Counted from the stretch's first letter, positions 1 through 9,017 are shown. The stretch: 37,855 nt of DNA from Mycobacterium sp. (GCA_035693385.1 DASSGQ010000258.1:1-37855); one strand, 5' to 3'. The notes: generated by a model not told the origin, from the letters alone. Made by a program: numbers and translations.

Positions 1-118
1 CCAGCGGCGGGACATTTTTGTACACGACGACGGTCGGTTCGCAGCAGACGCCTGTCGTGTCAAGTCAGCTGGGAGGCGACTTCAATACCGGGATCATTCC
101 GTTCCTGGAGGATCCGAT

Positions 119-541
119 CTACCTCTCGTACACCCCCAGCGGTTCCGGGACGATGAGCTTCGATTCCTGAGCCCTCCTGGAACCGAACAAAGCACCCGCC
201 CACAGCAGCACGCATAGCACCTCGGCGATCACGGTGATTGCGGCATGCGGCGAAGGGTCCCATCCGCGCTCGGTGAAGCCGAAGAGCCCCACGGTCCTGG
301 ACAGGACGAACGCCACCAGCGATCCGCCCGCCGTCGCGGCTGCCGCCCATTCGAGCCACCAGGGACCGCCGGCGAGGATCAGGACAGCCAACGCGAACGC
401 GACACTGGCCTGGATGAGGAATGCCGTGCCGATCGTCGGAATGTGTTGGTAACCATGGACATACAGGTAGGCGTGGCTGGCGCCGCTGACGGCCAAGGAT
501 GCCGCCAGACCCAGCCGGAGCAAGAATTCCTTCAATTTCAC
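119..541 (-). CDS. Hypothetical integral membrane protein (about 4 TM helices)
   Basis: 140-aa ORF with about four hydrophobic segments. Its start overlaps the stop of the upstream phosphoesterase (538-541), consistent with translational coupling. Confidence 0.75.
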   Translation of the reverse strand: MKLKEFLLRLGLAASLAVSGASHAYLYVHGYQHIPTIGTAFLIQASVAFALAVLILAGGPWWLEWAAAATAGGSLVAFVLSRTVGLFGFTERGWDPSPHAAITVIAEVLCVLLWAGALFGSRRAQESKLIVPEPLGVYER

Positions 542-1467
542 AGCAGCCTCTGCTCTTTCAATGCCAGGGCGGTCTGCCCTTTGGTGTAGCTGACCTCGCG
601 AATGCCCAGGGCTTCGCCGAGCTTGCCGGCCGGTAGCGTGACCGGCTTGGGTGCCGGTCCGTCACCCGGATGGGGTAGCGGATAGGCGGTTGTCGTGCCG
701 CTGTAGAACGTCACGTTGCCTTCCGTCTTGGAAAACAATTGGTGCACATGCCCGTTGAGGCAGGTAACCGATGAGAAGCGGCTCAGCTGGCTCAGCGCTT
801 GGGTGGCGTCATCGGTGCCCCAGCCCCAGTCCGGGTACATCGCGAACAACGGGATGTGGCTGAACACGATGATGGGGGTGTCGCTCGACAATCCGGCGAC
901 GTCCTTTTTGACGAACTCCAACTGGTCGATACCCAAATGCCCGAGCTTCTTGAGGTTCAGCGTGTTCACCAACGCGATCACGTGCACCCCGGCGATGTCG
1001 AAGCTGTACCACCCGTCGCCGCGCGTTCCCGCCCCGAAGGCGCTGCGGTACTTCTGCCCGGCATCGTCGACAGAATCGTGTTCGCCGGGCACCGTGAAGA
1101 CATGCGGGGTTCGCAGTCCGCTCAGCATCTGCTTCACTTGGTCGAACTGATCTGGGCTCGACAGGTGTGTCAGGTCACCGGTGTGGATGACGAAATCCGG
1201 TGTGTAGCCGAGGTTGTTGATCTGATCGATTGCGTGGTCGAACGTCTTGGTGACGTCCGGGTTGGCCCCACCGGTGAATCCGATGTGGCTGTCGCTGACT
1301 TGGGCGAATCGCAGCGTCGGCCGGCCCTGAGCATGCTCTGCCGAAGCCGAGCCGGCGACGTGCGAGATGACTTCGCCGCCGGCAACGGCCAGACCGACCG
1401 CCGCCCCGAACCATGCCGTGTGCCGGATCAGCTGGCGGCGGTTCATGGTGTGCGGGTCTTGGGTCAT
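538..1467 (-). CDS. Calcineurin-like metallophosphoesterase (CpdA/Icc-like) with probable Tat signal
   Basis: Motifs DSH, GDLTH, PGEHD, FSH and GHVH are present. The N-terminus has NRRQLI followed by a hydrophobic stretch. Confidence 0.88.
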   Translation of the reverse strand: MTQDPHTMNRRQLIRHTAWFGAAVGLAVAGGEVISHVAGSASAEHAQGRPTLRFAQVSDSHIGFTGGANPDVTKTFDHAIDQINNLGYTPDFVIHTGDLTHLSSPDQFDQVKQMLSGLRTPHVFTVPGEHDSVDDAGQKYRSAFGAGTRGDGWYSFDIAGVHVIALVNTLNLKKLGHLGIDQLEFVKKDVAGLSSDTPIIVFSHIPLFAMYPDWGWGTDDATQALSQLSRFSSVTCLNGHVHQLFSKTEGNVTFYSGTTTAYPLPHPGDGPAPKPVTLPAGKLGEALGIREVSYTKGQTALALKEQRLL

Positions 1468-1520
1468 GAGCGCCGCTCCTTCCCATCGCTTCGTTCTGCA
1501 TCGTCGCCGGCGCGGCTCAT
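1464..1520 (-). repeat. MIRU-like intergenic repeat encoding an 18-aa coupled mini-ORF (MSRAGDDAERSDGKERRS)
   Basis: The minus strand reads ATGAGCCGCGCCGGCGACGATGCAGAACGAAGCGATGGGAAGGAGCGGCGCTCATGA, with the MIRU core GACGATGCAGA..GAAGCGATG..GAGGAG. ATGA overlaps both flanking genes. Confidence 0.8.
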
Positions 1521-1969
1521 TGCGTCACCACCACGGTGCCGTGCATGGACGGGTGAATCGAGCAGACGTAGTCGAACTTTCCCGCGCTGGGAAAGGTGTG
1601 CGAATATGTGGCCCCCGTTCCCATCCCGGGCGAGTGAAACGACCCGTCGGCCGCGGCCACGGTGTGTGGTTCTTCGTCGCGGTTGGTCCAGGTAACGGTG
1701 CTGCCGGCGCGAACGGTCAGCGTCGCCGGGGCGAAGGCGAAGTTGTCGATGGTGACCGCGTCACCCGCGACCGCCACGGGCGAATCTGTTGCCGACGACG
1801 TGCCGGCCGGTGCACTCGGCATCCCGGGCATGCCGCTCATGCCCGACATTCCGGGCGTCCCGCCGGCGGAGCCGAAGGTAATCGATGGCTGCGCATCGTG
1901 CCGCGACGCCGAGCATCCCGCCAGCAACAGCGCACCCACGGCCAGTACGGCCAAGTGTTTTCGAGGCAT
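1517..1969 (-). CDS. Cupredoxin (amicyanin/plastocyanin-like type-1 copper) lipoprotein
   Basis: Lipobox LLAGC, copper ligands EPHTV and YVCSIHPSM, and a Met-rich linker. The start is placed at MPRKH (1969); 1978 is the alternative. Confidence 0.88.
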   Translation of the reverse strand: MPRKHLAVLAVGALLLAGCSASRHDAQPSITFGSAGGTPGMSGMSGMPGMPSAPAGTSSATDSPVAVAGDAVTIDNFAFAPATLTVRAGSTVTWTNRDEEPHTVAAADGSFHSPGMGTGATYSHTFPSAGKFDYVCSIHPSMHGTVVVTQ

Positions 1970-1996
1970 GGTGATCATGCCAAAAGATAGGAAGGT

Positions 1997-2005
1997 GGGT
2001 TACAC
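1997..2005 (-). promoter_or_regulatory. Candidate ECF -35 element GTGTAACCC upstream of the cupredoxin gene
   Basis: The identical 9-mer also lies upstream of the ECF sigma gene (3300-3308) at a similar distance from the start codon (28 vs 30 nt). Confidence 0.5.
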
Positions 2006-2008
2006 CAG

Positions 2009-2713
2009 TCAGGCCGGCTCGTCCTCGCGCGGCGGGGCGAACACCTCGATTGACCCGTTGGCCTCGCGAACCATCAACGTAGGCAATGGCTTTGGGGCGA
2101 TCGGCAGTTGATGGGTAAGCACCTGGCCGCTGGGCGAAAACGACGTCGTATGGCAGGGGCAACGCAGCGTGTCGTCGGGCGCGTCGAACCACAGCCGGCA
2201 GCCTTGATGCGTGCACACGCCGGACACGGCCTCAACTCGGCCGTCGACGCGGCGCACGAATCCAGTGACCGAACCCAGATCGAACGGATGCATCGTGGCG
2301 TCGGGCACATCCGCGCTGCCCGCGACACGCTGCCAGCTTCCGTCGTTGGGCGTGAGCTGCCCCGCTACGGCATCGCCGCCGGGGGCTTCGCCGGGACCGC
2401 CGATCACGGCTCGATCGATGGCAACCGCTGCCACCGCGGCGGCCGCGGCCGCCGACGTGCCCACGATGACTTGGCGGCGCGTCGCGCTTTGCCTGGGTCC
2501 TGCCTTGGGCGTTGTGCCGTGCATTTGCTCGGCGAGACGACGGTGCAGGTCGGTGAGGAATTCCTGGCGCGGGGCGTCATCACCCTGCCGAGCAGCCCGC
2601 AACTCGATCGCCGTTCGGATCTGCGCCGCCTCGAAGTCGTCGGGTGCAAACGGCTTGGGCCGGCGACCCCCCAACAGGTCGTCAACGTACCGCCGCAAGC
2701 CTCGCGCGTTCAT
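2009..2713 (-). CDS. Membrane-anchored Rieske [2Fe-2S] protein with an N-terminal cytoplasmic extension (putative anti-sigma factor)
   Basis: Rieske boxes CTHQGC and CPCH. About 78 helical residues precede TRRQVI and a hydrophobic helix. ATGA overlap with the ECF sigma gene. Confidence 0.8.
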   Translation of the reverse strand: MNARGLRRYVDDLLGGRRPKPFAPDDFEAAQIRTAIELRAARQGDDAPRQEFLTDLHRRLAEQMHGTTPKAGPRQSATRRQVIVGTSAAAAAAVAAVAIDRAVIGGPGEAPGGDAVAGQLTPNDGSWQRVAGSADVPDATMHPFDLGSVTGFVRRVDGRVEAVSGVCTHQGCRLWFDAPDDTLRCPCHTTSFSPSGQVLTHQLPIAPKPLPTLMVREANGSIEVFAPPREDEPA

Positions 2714-3270
2714 GGCTGGCCTCCCTCGTTGACCTGTGCCGCCAGCCGCAGAGCGCGGTGTTGCAGCACTTTGGCGTTGGCAACGCTGATCCCAAGTTCG
2801 GCAGCGGACTCCTTGATCGAATTGCCTTGTAAGAAACGCATTTCCAAAATCTGGCGATACCGGTCCGGCAGCCGATCGAGGACCTGGGCGACACGCTGGG
2901 GCGCCGTGCTGATCGCTTCCTCGCTCTCGGGTGGTTGTTCGATGTCGTCGATCGAGGTTATCTCTCGTCCCAAGGTCTCGCGCCAGTGCGCGGCCAGCAC
3001 CGTTCTGGCCGTGGCGCGCAAGTATGCGCGCACCTCGCCGACACTGGCACTCAGGCGCAGCGGCCGCAACGCGGCGAGGAACACCTCAGCGGTGAGGTCC
3101 TCGGCGTCGGCCCGGTTGCCGACCCGGGCGAACAGCGTGCGATACACCCACGCCGCGTTGTCCTGGTACACGGCTTCCCAGTCGGGGTAGCCACTGAAGC
3201 CAGCGTCATAGCCACTGTCGGGCACCGCGCGCAGCGGTCGCGGGCCGATGGGTTCGTTGTGTGCCGCCAC
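2710..3270 (-). CDS. ECF RNA polymerase sigma factor
   Basis: Region 2 (DAEDLTAEVFLAA) and region 4 (LPDRYRQILEMRFLQG.SIKESAAELGIS...K...HRAL). GTG start with AAGGAGG upstream. Confidence 0.92.
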   Translation of the reverse strand: MAAHNEPIGPRPLRAVPDSGYDAGFSGYPDWEAVYQDNAAWVYRTLFARVGNRADAEDLTAEVFLAALRPLRLSASVGEVRAYLRATARTVLAAHWRETLGREITSIDDIEQPPESEEAISTAPQRVAQVLDRLPDRYRQILEMRFLQGNSIKESAAELGISVANAKVLQHRALRLAAQVNEGGQP

Positions 3271-3299
3271 GTCCCTCCTTCACCGACCAATATCAGCTC

Positions 3300-3308
3300 G
3301 GGTTACAC
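3300..3308 (-). promoter_or_regulatory. Candidate ECF autoregulatory -35 element GTGTAACCC
   Basis: Same 9-mer as 1997-2005. A GTAAC core is typical of ECF -35 boxes. Confidence 0.5.
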
Positions 3309-3314
3309 ACCGGG

Positions 3315-4739
3315 TCACGGCGCGGTGAGTGCTGGTTCCTCGACCATCAACCGGTCGAGTTTGCCGGCGGTGGCCGACAGCGCTGATTTGGCCATGCTCA
3401 GTATCCGGTCGCGCACCCGGGGATTCGCCGACCCCGGCGCCTGTAGGTGGCCCAGCAGATGCCCCAAGACGTCGAGGCGCGCCGCGGCGAGCCAGGCCGT
3501 CAAGTCCGGGTCGTCGAGCCAGCGCAGTTGATTGCCATAGTCGGCCAGCGTGATGCGCAACCAGTCCAGGTCGGTGTCGGGGTGCGGTAGCGGCACGCAC
3601 AGCCGGTTCTTGACGGAGTCGTCCGGGTCATTGAGATGCGTCGCCTCGACGTGGGCGACCAACGCGGCGCTGAATACCTGTTGGCACCCCCGCACGCTTT
3701 GTAGCGTGATCCGGCCGTCATCGAAAATGGGTGTAGCGGGCCGCTTTTCGGCGCCGTCGGCGGTGCAGTCGAGGAACAGCGCGCGGCCGTGGATCGGCAC
3801 GGTACCCCCGTCGAGGATCATTTGGTCGGCGTCGGTACGGAGCAGGTGGCCCATGCGCACCACATCGGTGATGGCCCGCAGTTGCTCCAGTTCGGCCTGA
3901 GTGACGGTCGCGCAGCGGTACATGGAGGGCCGGATCGCCGGATCGATTCGCAGCAGGGCGCCGGCATCCTCCAGGCGACAGAACAGGTCCTCGACCGACG
4001 CCGCGTCCGCGATGGCCCGCACCCGCGCGGCGAAGTTGGCCTTGATCAGGTCGGCGAACAACGGTCCCGGCTGGACCATCGCGCGATCCAGCAGCCAGGA
4101 GTCGCGGGGCATGATCCAGGTCAGCCGATCCGGGGCGATGCCCTGGCCCAGCAGCCATAGGCACGTGTCGATGCCGGTCTTGCCGGCCCCCACCACGACG
4201 TAGCGCTCGTGGGCGGGGCGGCGCGGCAGGTCGTTCGGCGCGACGCATTCCACGCCCGCGGCAACCCGGTAGGGCGGCGGGCGCATCGAGGGAACCATGA
4301 CGCGCAGGTACGTGGCGTCGACGACGCGGCGTGCCACGTTGACGACGTAATCGGTCCCGGCCAGCGTCGCAAAGCGGCCATCGCCGCGGTATTCGCTCAT
4401 CGGGAAGTAGGAGACCCGCCCGGTCGGCAGCAAGTGTTGGCGCATCACCCGGTCGTAGTAGGCGCAGATTTCCCCGGCGGTCGCTAGTTCGTACAGCCCA
4501 ACGTTGCAGCCGACTTGGTCGATGGTGTCGCTACCGAGGCGCAGCGAGTTCACTCCGTAGAACGCCGAGGGCTGATGCAGCCGCACGAACGGGTAGGCCA
4601 TGGTCCAATGCCCGCCCGGCTGGTGGTTGCGATCGACCAGCACCACGCGTGCCTCGGTTTCCGAGACCAGCGTGTCGACGAACGCCATGCCCATGGCGCC
4701 CGCGCCGACCACCAGGTAGTCGGCCTCGATGGTGCGCAT
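3315..4739 (-). CDS. FAD/NAD(P)-dependent oxidoreductase
   Basis: Two Rossmann motifs (VVGAGAMG and VVGAGKTG) and GGHW; 474 aa. Confidence 0.85.
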   Translation of the reverse strand: MRTIEADYLVVGAGAMGMAFVDTLVSETEARVVLVDRNHQPGGHWTMAYPFVRLHQPSAFYGVNSLRLGSDTIDQVGCNVGLYELATAGEICAYYDRVMRQHLLPTGRVSYFPMSEYRGDGRFATLAGTDYVVNVARRVVDATYLRVMVPSMRPPPYRVAAGVECVAPNDLPRRPAHERYVVVGAGKTGIDTCLWLLGQGIAPDRLTWIMPRDSWLLDRAMVQPGPLFADLIKANFAARVRAIADAASVEDLFCRLEDAGALLRIDPAIRPSMYRCATVTQAELEQLRAITDVVRMGHLLRTDADQMILDGGTVPIHGRALFLDCTADGAEKRPATPIFDDGRITLQSVRGCQQVFSAALVAHVEATHLNDPDDSVKNRLCVPLPHPDTDLDWLRITLADYGNQLRWLDDPDLTAWLAAARLDVLGHLLGHLQAPGSANPRVRDRILSMAKSALSATAGKLDRLMVEEPALTAP

Positions 4740-4761
4740 ATCGGCTAAAGGCTAACCCGAC

Positions 4762-4799
4762 TTGCCAGCACCAGGAGAAGTTACTAGGATATCCTAGTA
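4762..4799 (+). promoter_or_regulatory. SigA-type promoter of the mmsA operon overlapped by a perfect 18-bp palindromic operator
   Basis: TTGCCA (4762-4767), N17, TAGGAT (4785-4790). The palindrome TACTAGGATATCCTAGTA spans 4782-4799. Confidence 0.65.
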
Positions 4800-4831
4800 T
4801 CTAATCTGCTTTTGCGCATTCGAGGACACCC

Positions 4832-6352
4832 ATGACCACACAGATCCCGCACTTCATCGACGGGAAGCGCACCGCCGGCCAGTCCAACCGCACCGCCGAC
4901 GTGTTCAACCCCAGCACCGGCCGGGTGCAGGCGAAAGTTCCGATGGCCGGCCAGGCCGATGTCGACGCTGCGGTGGCCTCGGCCGCCGAAGCCCAAAAGG
5001 GCTGGGCCGCATGGAACCCCCAGCGCCGCGCCCGGGTGATGATGCGATTCATCGAGCTGGTCGACGAGGCAGGCGACGAGTTGGCCGAGCTGCTGTCCCT
5101 CGAACACGGCAAGACGCTGGCCGATGCCCGCGGCGACATCCAGCGCGGCATCGAGGTGATCGAGTTCTGCGTCGGGATCCCGCACCTGCTCAAAGGCGAG
5201 TACAGCGAAGGCGCCGGTGCGGGCATCGACGTCTACTCGCTGCGCCAGCCGCTCGGGGTGGTCGCGGGCATCACCCCGTTCAATTTCCCGGCGATGATCC
5301 CGCTGTGGAAGGCCGGACCGGCGCTGGCGTGCGGAAATGCGTTCTTGCTCAAGCCAAGTGAGCGTGACCCGTCGGTTCCGGTGCGGCTCGCCGAGCTGTT
5401 CATCGAGGCAGGCCTGCCACCCGGCGTGTTCCAGGTCGTGCACGGCGACAAGGAGGCCGTCGACGCGATCCTGCATCACCCCGACATCAAGGCGGTGGGT
5501 TTCGTCGGCAGCTCCGATATCGCGCAGTACATCTACTCGACGTCCGCGGCGACCGGCAAGCGGTCGCAATGCTTCGGCGGAGCCAAGAACCACATGATCG
5601 TGATGCCCGACGCGGACCTCGAGCAGGCCGTCGACGCGCTGATCGGCGCCGGATACGGCAGCGCTGGCGAGCGTTGCATGGCCATCAGCGTCGCGGTGCC
5701 GGTCGGCGAGCAGACCGCGGAACGGTTGCGCGCCAGGCTGGTTGAGCGGATCAACCACTTGCGGGTGGGCCACAGCCTGGACCCCAAGGCCGACTACGGT
5801 CCGCTGGTCACCGAGGCCGCGTTGACGCGGGTGCGCGATTACATCGACCAGGGCGTGGCCGCCGGCGCCGAGATCGTGGTCGACGGCCGCGACCGGCGCA
5901 GCGACGACCTCGCTTTCGGTGACGCGAACCTGGAGGGCGGCTTCTTCATCGGGCCGACCCTGTTCGATCACGTCACCCCCGACATGTCGATCTACACCGA
6001 TGAGATTTTCGGGCCGGTGCTGTGCATGGTCCGCGCGCACGACTACGAAGAAGCGCTGCGGCTGCCCTCGGAGCACGAGTACGGCAACGGCGTGGCGGTG
6101 TTCACCCGCGACGGCGACACCGCCCGCGATTTCGTGTCCCGGGTGCAGGTGGGCATGGTCGGCGTCAACGTGCCGATTCCGGTTCCGGTGGCCTATCACA
6201 CCTTCGGCGGCTGGAAGCGTTCCGGCTTCGGCGACCTCAACCAGCACGGCCCGGCGTCGATTCAGTTCTACACCAAGGTCAAAACCGTCACGTCGCGGTG
6301 GCCGTCGGGCATCAAGGATGGCGCCGAATTCGTCATCCCGACGATGAATTAA
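4832..6352 (+). CDS. mmsA: CoA-acylating methylmalonate-semialdehyde dehydrogenase
   Basis: ALDH motifs ITPFNFP, KPSE, GGAKNH, catalytic GERCMAIS and EIFGP; leads the fadE9/mmsB operon. Confidence 0.95.
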   Translation: MTTQIPHFIDGKRTAGQSNRTADVFNPSTGRVQAKVPMAGQADVDAAVASAAEAQKGWAAWNPQRRARVMMRFIELVDEAGDELAELLSLEHGKTLADARGDIQRGIEVIEFCVGIPHLLKGEYSEGAGAGIDVYSLRQPLGVVAGITPFNFPAMIPLWKAGPALACGNAFLLKPSERDPSVPVRLAELFIEAGLPPGVFQVVHGDKEAVDAILHHPDIKAVGFVGSSDIAQYIYSTSAATGKRSQCFGGAKNHMIVMPDADLEQAVDALIGAGYGSAGERCMAISVAVPVGEQTAERLRARLVERINHLRVGHSLDPKADYGPLVTEAALTRVRDYIDQGVAAGAEIVVDGRDRRSDDLAFGDANLEGGFFIGPTLFDHVTPDMSIYTDEIFGPVLCMVRAHDYEEALRLPSEHEYGNGVAVFTRDGDTARDFVSRVQVGMVGVNVPIPVPVAYHTFGGWKRSGFGDLNQHGPASIQFYTKVKTVTSRWPSGIKDGAEFVIPTMN

Positions 6353-6372
6353 GTCTGCATTAGGACCGCTTC

Positions 6373-7548
6373 ATGGATCTATTCATGCTGAACGACGACG
6401 AACGCGTCATCACCGAGACGGCCGCCGCGTTCGCCGCGAAACGGGTCGCCCCGCATGCCCTGGAATGGGATGCCACCCAGCACTTTCCGGTGGACGTGTT
6501 GCGCGAGGCCGCCGAACTCGGCATGGCGGCGATCTACTGCCGCGATGACGTCGGCGGTAGCGGGCTGCGCCGACTCGACGGGGTCCGCATTTTCGAGCAG
6601 TTGGCCATCGCCGACCCCGTCACCGCGGCGTTCCTGTCCATCCACAACATGTGCGCGTGGATGATCGACACCTTCGGCACCGACGAACAGCGCAAGGAAT
6701 GGGTCCCGAGATTGGCGCCGATGGACGCCATCGCGAGCTATTGCCTGACCGAGCCGGGCGCCGGGTCCGACGCCAGCGCCCTGACCACGCGCGCCGTCAA
6801 GCAGGGTGGCGACTACGTGCTCGACGGCGTGAAGCAGTTCATCTCCGGCGCGGGCGCCTCGGACGTCTACGTGGTAATGGCCAGGACCGGCGGCCAGGAA
6901 AAGCCGGGGCCGCGCGGCATATCGGCGTTCATCATCGAAAAGGACACTCCGGGACTGAGTTTCGGCGCGCATGAACAGAAAATGGGCTGGCACGCGCAAC
7001 CCACCGCACAGGTGATCCTGGACGGGGTGCGGGTGCCCGCCGACGCGATGTTGGGCGGCGCCGAGGGCGAGGGTGCCGGCTTCGGCATCGCGATGAACGG
7101 CCTCAACGGTGGCCGGCTCAACATCGCGGCGTGCTCGCTCGGTGGTGCGCTGGCCGCCTTCGACAAGGCGGGAGCCTACGTGCGGGAGCGACACGCATTC
7201 GGCTCGTCCCTGCTCGACGAGCCGACCATTCGGTTCGCCCTGGCCGACATGGCCACCGGTCTGGAGACGTCGCGAATGATGTTGTGGCGGGCCGCGAATG
7301 CGTTGGACACCGATGACCCCGACAAGGTCGAGCTGTGCGCGATGGCCAAGCGCTACGTGACCGACACGTGCTTCGAGGTGGCGGACAAGGCCCTGCAACT
7401 ACACGGCGGCTACGGCTACCTGCGCGAGTATGGTCTGGAAAAGATCGTTCGCGATCTGCGGGTGCATCGCATCCTGGAAGGGACGAACGAAATCATGCGG
7501 GTCGTCATCGGCCGAGCCGAGGCCGCGCGGTTCCGCGCAACCCTTTAG
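6373..7548 (+). CDS. fadE9: Isobutyryl-CoA (acyl-CoA) dehydrogenase, FadE9-like
   Basis: YCLTEPGAGSD, QLHGGYGYL and ILEGTNEI motifs; valine-catabolism context. Confidence 0.9.
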   Translation: MDLFMLNDDERVITETAAAFAAKRVAPHALEWDATQHFPVDVLREAAELGMAAIYCRDDVGGSGLRRLDGVRIFEQLAIADPVTAAFLSIHNMCAWMIDTFGTDEQRKEWVPRLAPMDAIASYCLTEPGAGSDASALTTRAVKQGGDYVLDGVKQFISGAGASDVYVVMARTGGQEKPGPRGISAFIIEKDTPGLSFGAHEQKMGWHAQPTAQVILDGVRVPADAMLGGAEGEGAGFGIAMNGLNGGRLNIAACSLGGALAAFDKAGAYVRERHAFGSSLLDEPTIRFALADMATGLETSRMMLWRAANALDTDDPDKVELCAMAKRYVTDTCFEVADKALQLHGGYGYLREYGLEKIVRDLRVHRILEGTNEIMRVVIGRAEAARFRATL

Positions 7549-7558
7549 AAAGGCAGCA

Positions 7559-8443
7559 ATGACAGAGCTTTTCCAGGTCGCTTTCCTAGGTTTGGGCAAT
7601 ATGGGCGGGCCCATGTCGGCGAACCTGGTCACCGCCGGCCACACCGTGCGCGGGTTCGACCCCGTGCCCGCGGCGGTGGCCGCCGCGGCCGCGGGCGGGG
7701 TCGCGGTGTTCGACAGCGCGGCCGACGCCGTGTCCGAGGCCGACGTCGTCATCACCATGCTGCCCAACGGCGACGTGGTCAAACGCTGCTACGCCGAGAT
7801 CATGCCCGGCGCGCGGGCCGGTGCATTGTTCATCGACAGTTCCACGATCTCGGTCAACGACGCCCGCGAGGTACACGCACTGGCGGAATCACACGGCCTC
7901 TCCCAGCTCGACGCACCCGTGTCCGGCGGGGTGAAGGGCGCCGTCGCCGGGACCCTGGCGTTCATGGTGGGCGGCGACGAGTCCGCGCTGCAGCGCGCGC
8001 GGCCGGTGCTGGAACCGATGGCGGGCAAGATCATTCACTGCGGTGCGGCGGGGGCAGGTCAGGCCGCCAAGGTGTGCAACAACATGGTGCTGGCGGTGCA
8101 ACAGATCGTGATCGGTGAGGCGTTCGTGCTCGCCGAGAATCTGGGACTCTCGGCGCAGTCCCTTTTCGACGTGATCACCGGCGCGACCGGCAATTGCTGG
8201 GCGGTGCACACCAACTGCCCGGTGCCGGGCCCGGTGCCGACATCACCGGCCAACAACGACTTCAAACCGGGCTTCGCGACCGCGCTGATGAACAAGGACC
8301 TGGGCCTGGCGATGGATGCGGTGGCGTCAACCTGTTCGGCGGCGCCGCTGGGCACGCACGCCGCCGAGATCTACGCCAAGTTCGCGGCCGACCACGGCGC
8401 CCTGGACTTCAGCGCCGTGATCGAGGCGCTGCGCTCGAGTTGA
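7559..8443 (+). CDS. mmsB: 3-hydroxyisobutyrate dehydrogenase
   Basis: FLGLGNMG, DAPVSGG and KVCNN motifs. ATG at 7559 follows AGAAAGG. Confidence 0.93.
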   Translation: MTELFQVAFLGLGNMGGPMSANLVTAGHTVRGFDPVPAAVAAAAAGGVAVFDSAADAVSEADVVITMLPNGDVVKRCYAEIMPGARAGALFIDSSTISVNDAREVHALAESHGLSQLDAPVSGGVKGAVAGTLAFMVGGDESALQRARPVLEPMAGKIIHCGAAGAGQAAKVCNNMVLAVQQIVIGEAFVLAENLGLSAQSLFDVITGATGNCWAVHTNCPVPGPVPTSPANNDFKPGFATALMNKDLGLAMDAVASTCSAAPLGTHAAEIYAKFAADHGALDFSAVIEALRSS

Positions 8444-8468
8444 TGCGGCCCGAATCAAAGACCTTGTG

Positions 8469-9017
8469 TCACGGCACCTTTCGCCCCAGGAAGGCGGCCA
8501 GTTGATCGGCCGGTGCGCGCTCGGATGAGCACGGCTGCTCCTCGGCGAAGAGCTTGCCCGTGCCACGGAACTGGGCGCCCACGAAGGCACGCGCCGCGGC
8601 CAACTGCTCGGCCGCCAACTCGGGGTCGAGATCGGTGGACTGGCCGGTGGCCGCGGCGAGATCCCATGCGTGGGTCAGCACGTCGGTGGTGCGAATTCCG
8701 ACGAAGAGTTGCGCGGGGAATTCGCCGAACGGCAGCTTGAAGATGCCGTCCATGCCGCCCGGTGCCGCGAAGATCTCCTGTGCCGCGGCGGCGCTGGCCC
8801 GGTGTGCCGCAGCGGTGTCGTCGGGCCGGGCGGTCGGCTGCTGGTTGCTGGCCGACCAAATCCCGACGTACTCGTTGCCTCCGATGACATGCTCGATCAG
8901 ATCGCGAATCGTCCACTCCGAACAGGGCGTCGGGCCGTCGAACTGGTCGGGGCTGACATTCGCGAGGACGCCGGCGAATGTGTCCTGCGCACGCTGGTGA
9001 GCAACTAGTGGATCCAC
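8469..9017 (-). CDS. TIGR03086-type DinB/MDMPI metal-binding protein (Rv0738-like)
   Basis: PTPCSEWTIRDLIEH and HAWDLA motifs. GTG start at 9017 follows GAAAGGCAGG. Confidence 0.85.
   Translation of the reverse strand: MDPLVAHQRAQDTFAGVLANVSPDQFDGPTPCSEWTIRDLIEHVIGGNEYVGIWSASNQQPTARPDDTAAAHRASAAAAQEIFAAPGGMDGIFKLPFGEFPAQLFVGIRTTDVLTHAWDLAAATGQSTDLDPELAAEQLAAARAFVGAQFRGTGKLFAEEQPCSSERAPADQLAAFLGRKVP

Noticed and set aside
4832-8443. mmsA-fadE9-mmsB as precursor-supply genes of the biosynthetic operon
   Set aside because: They are on the opposite strand with their own promoter and, from recall, are conserved in mycobacteria that lack the cluster. Proximity alone is insufficient.
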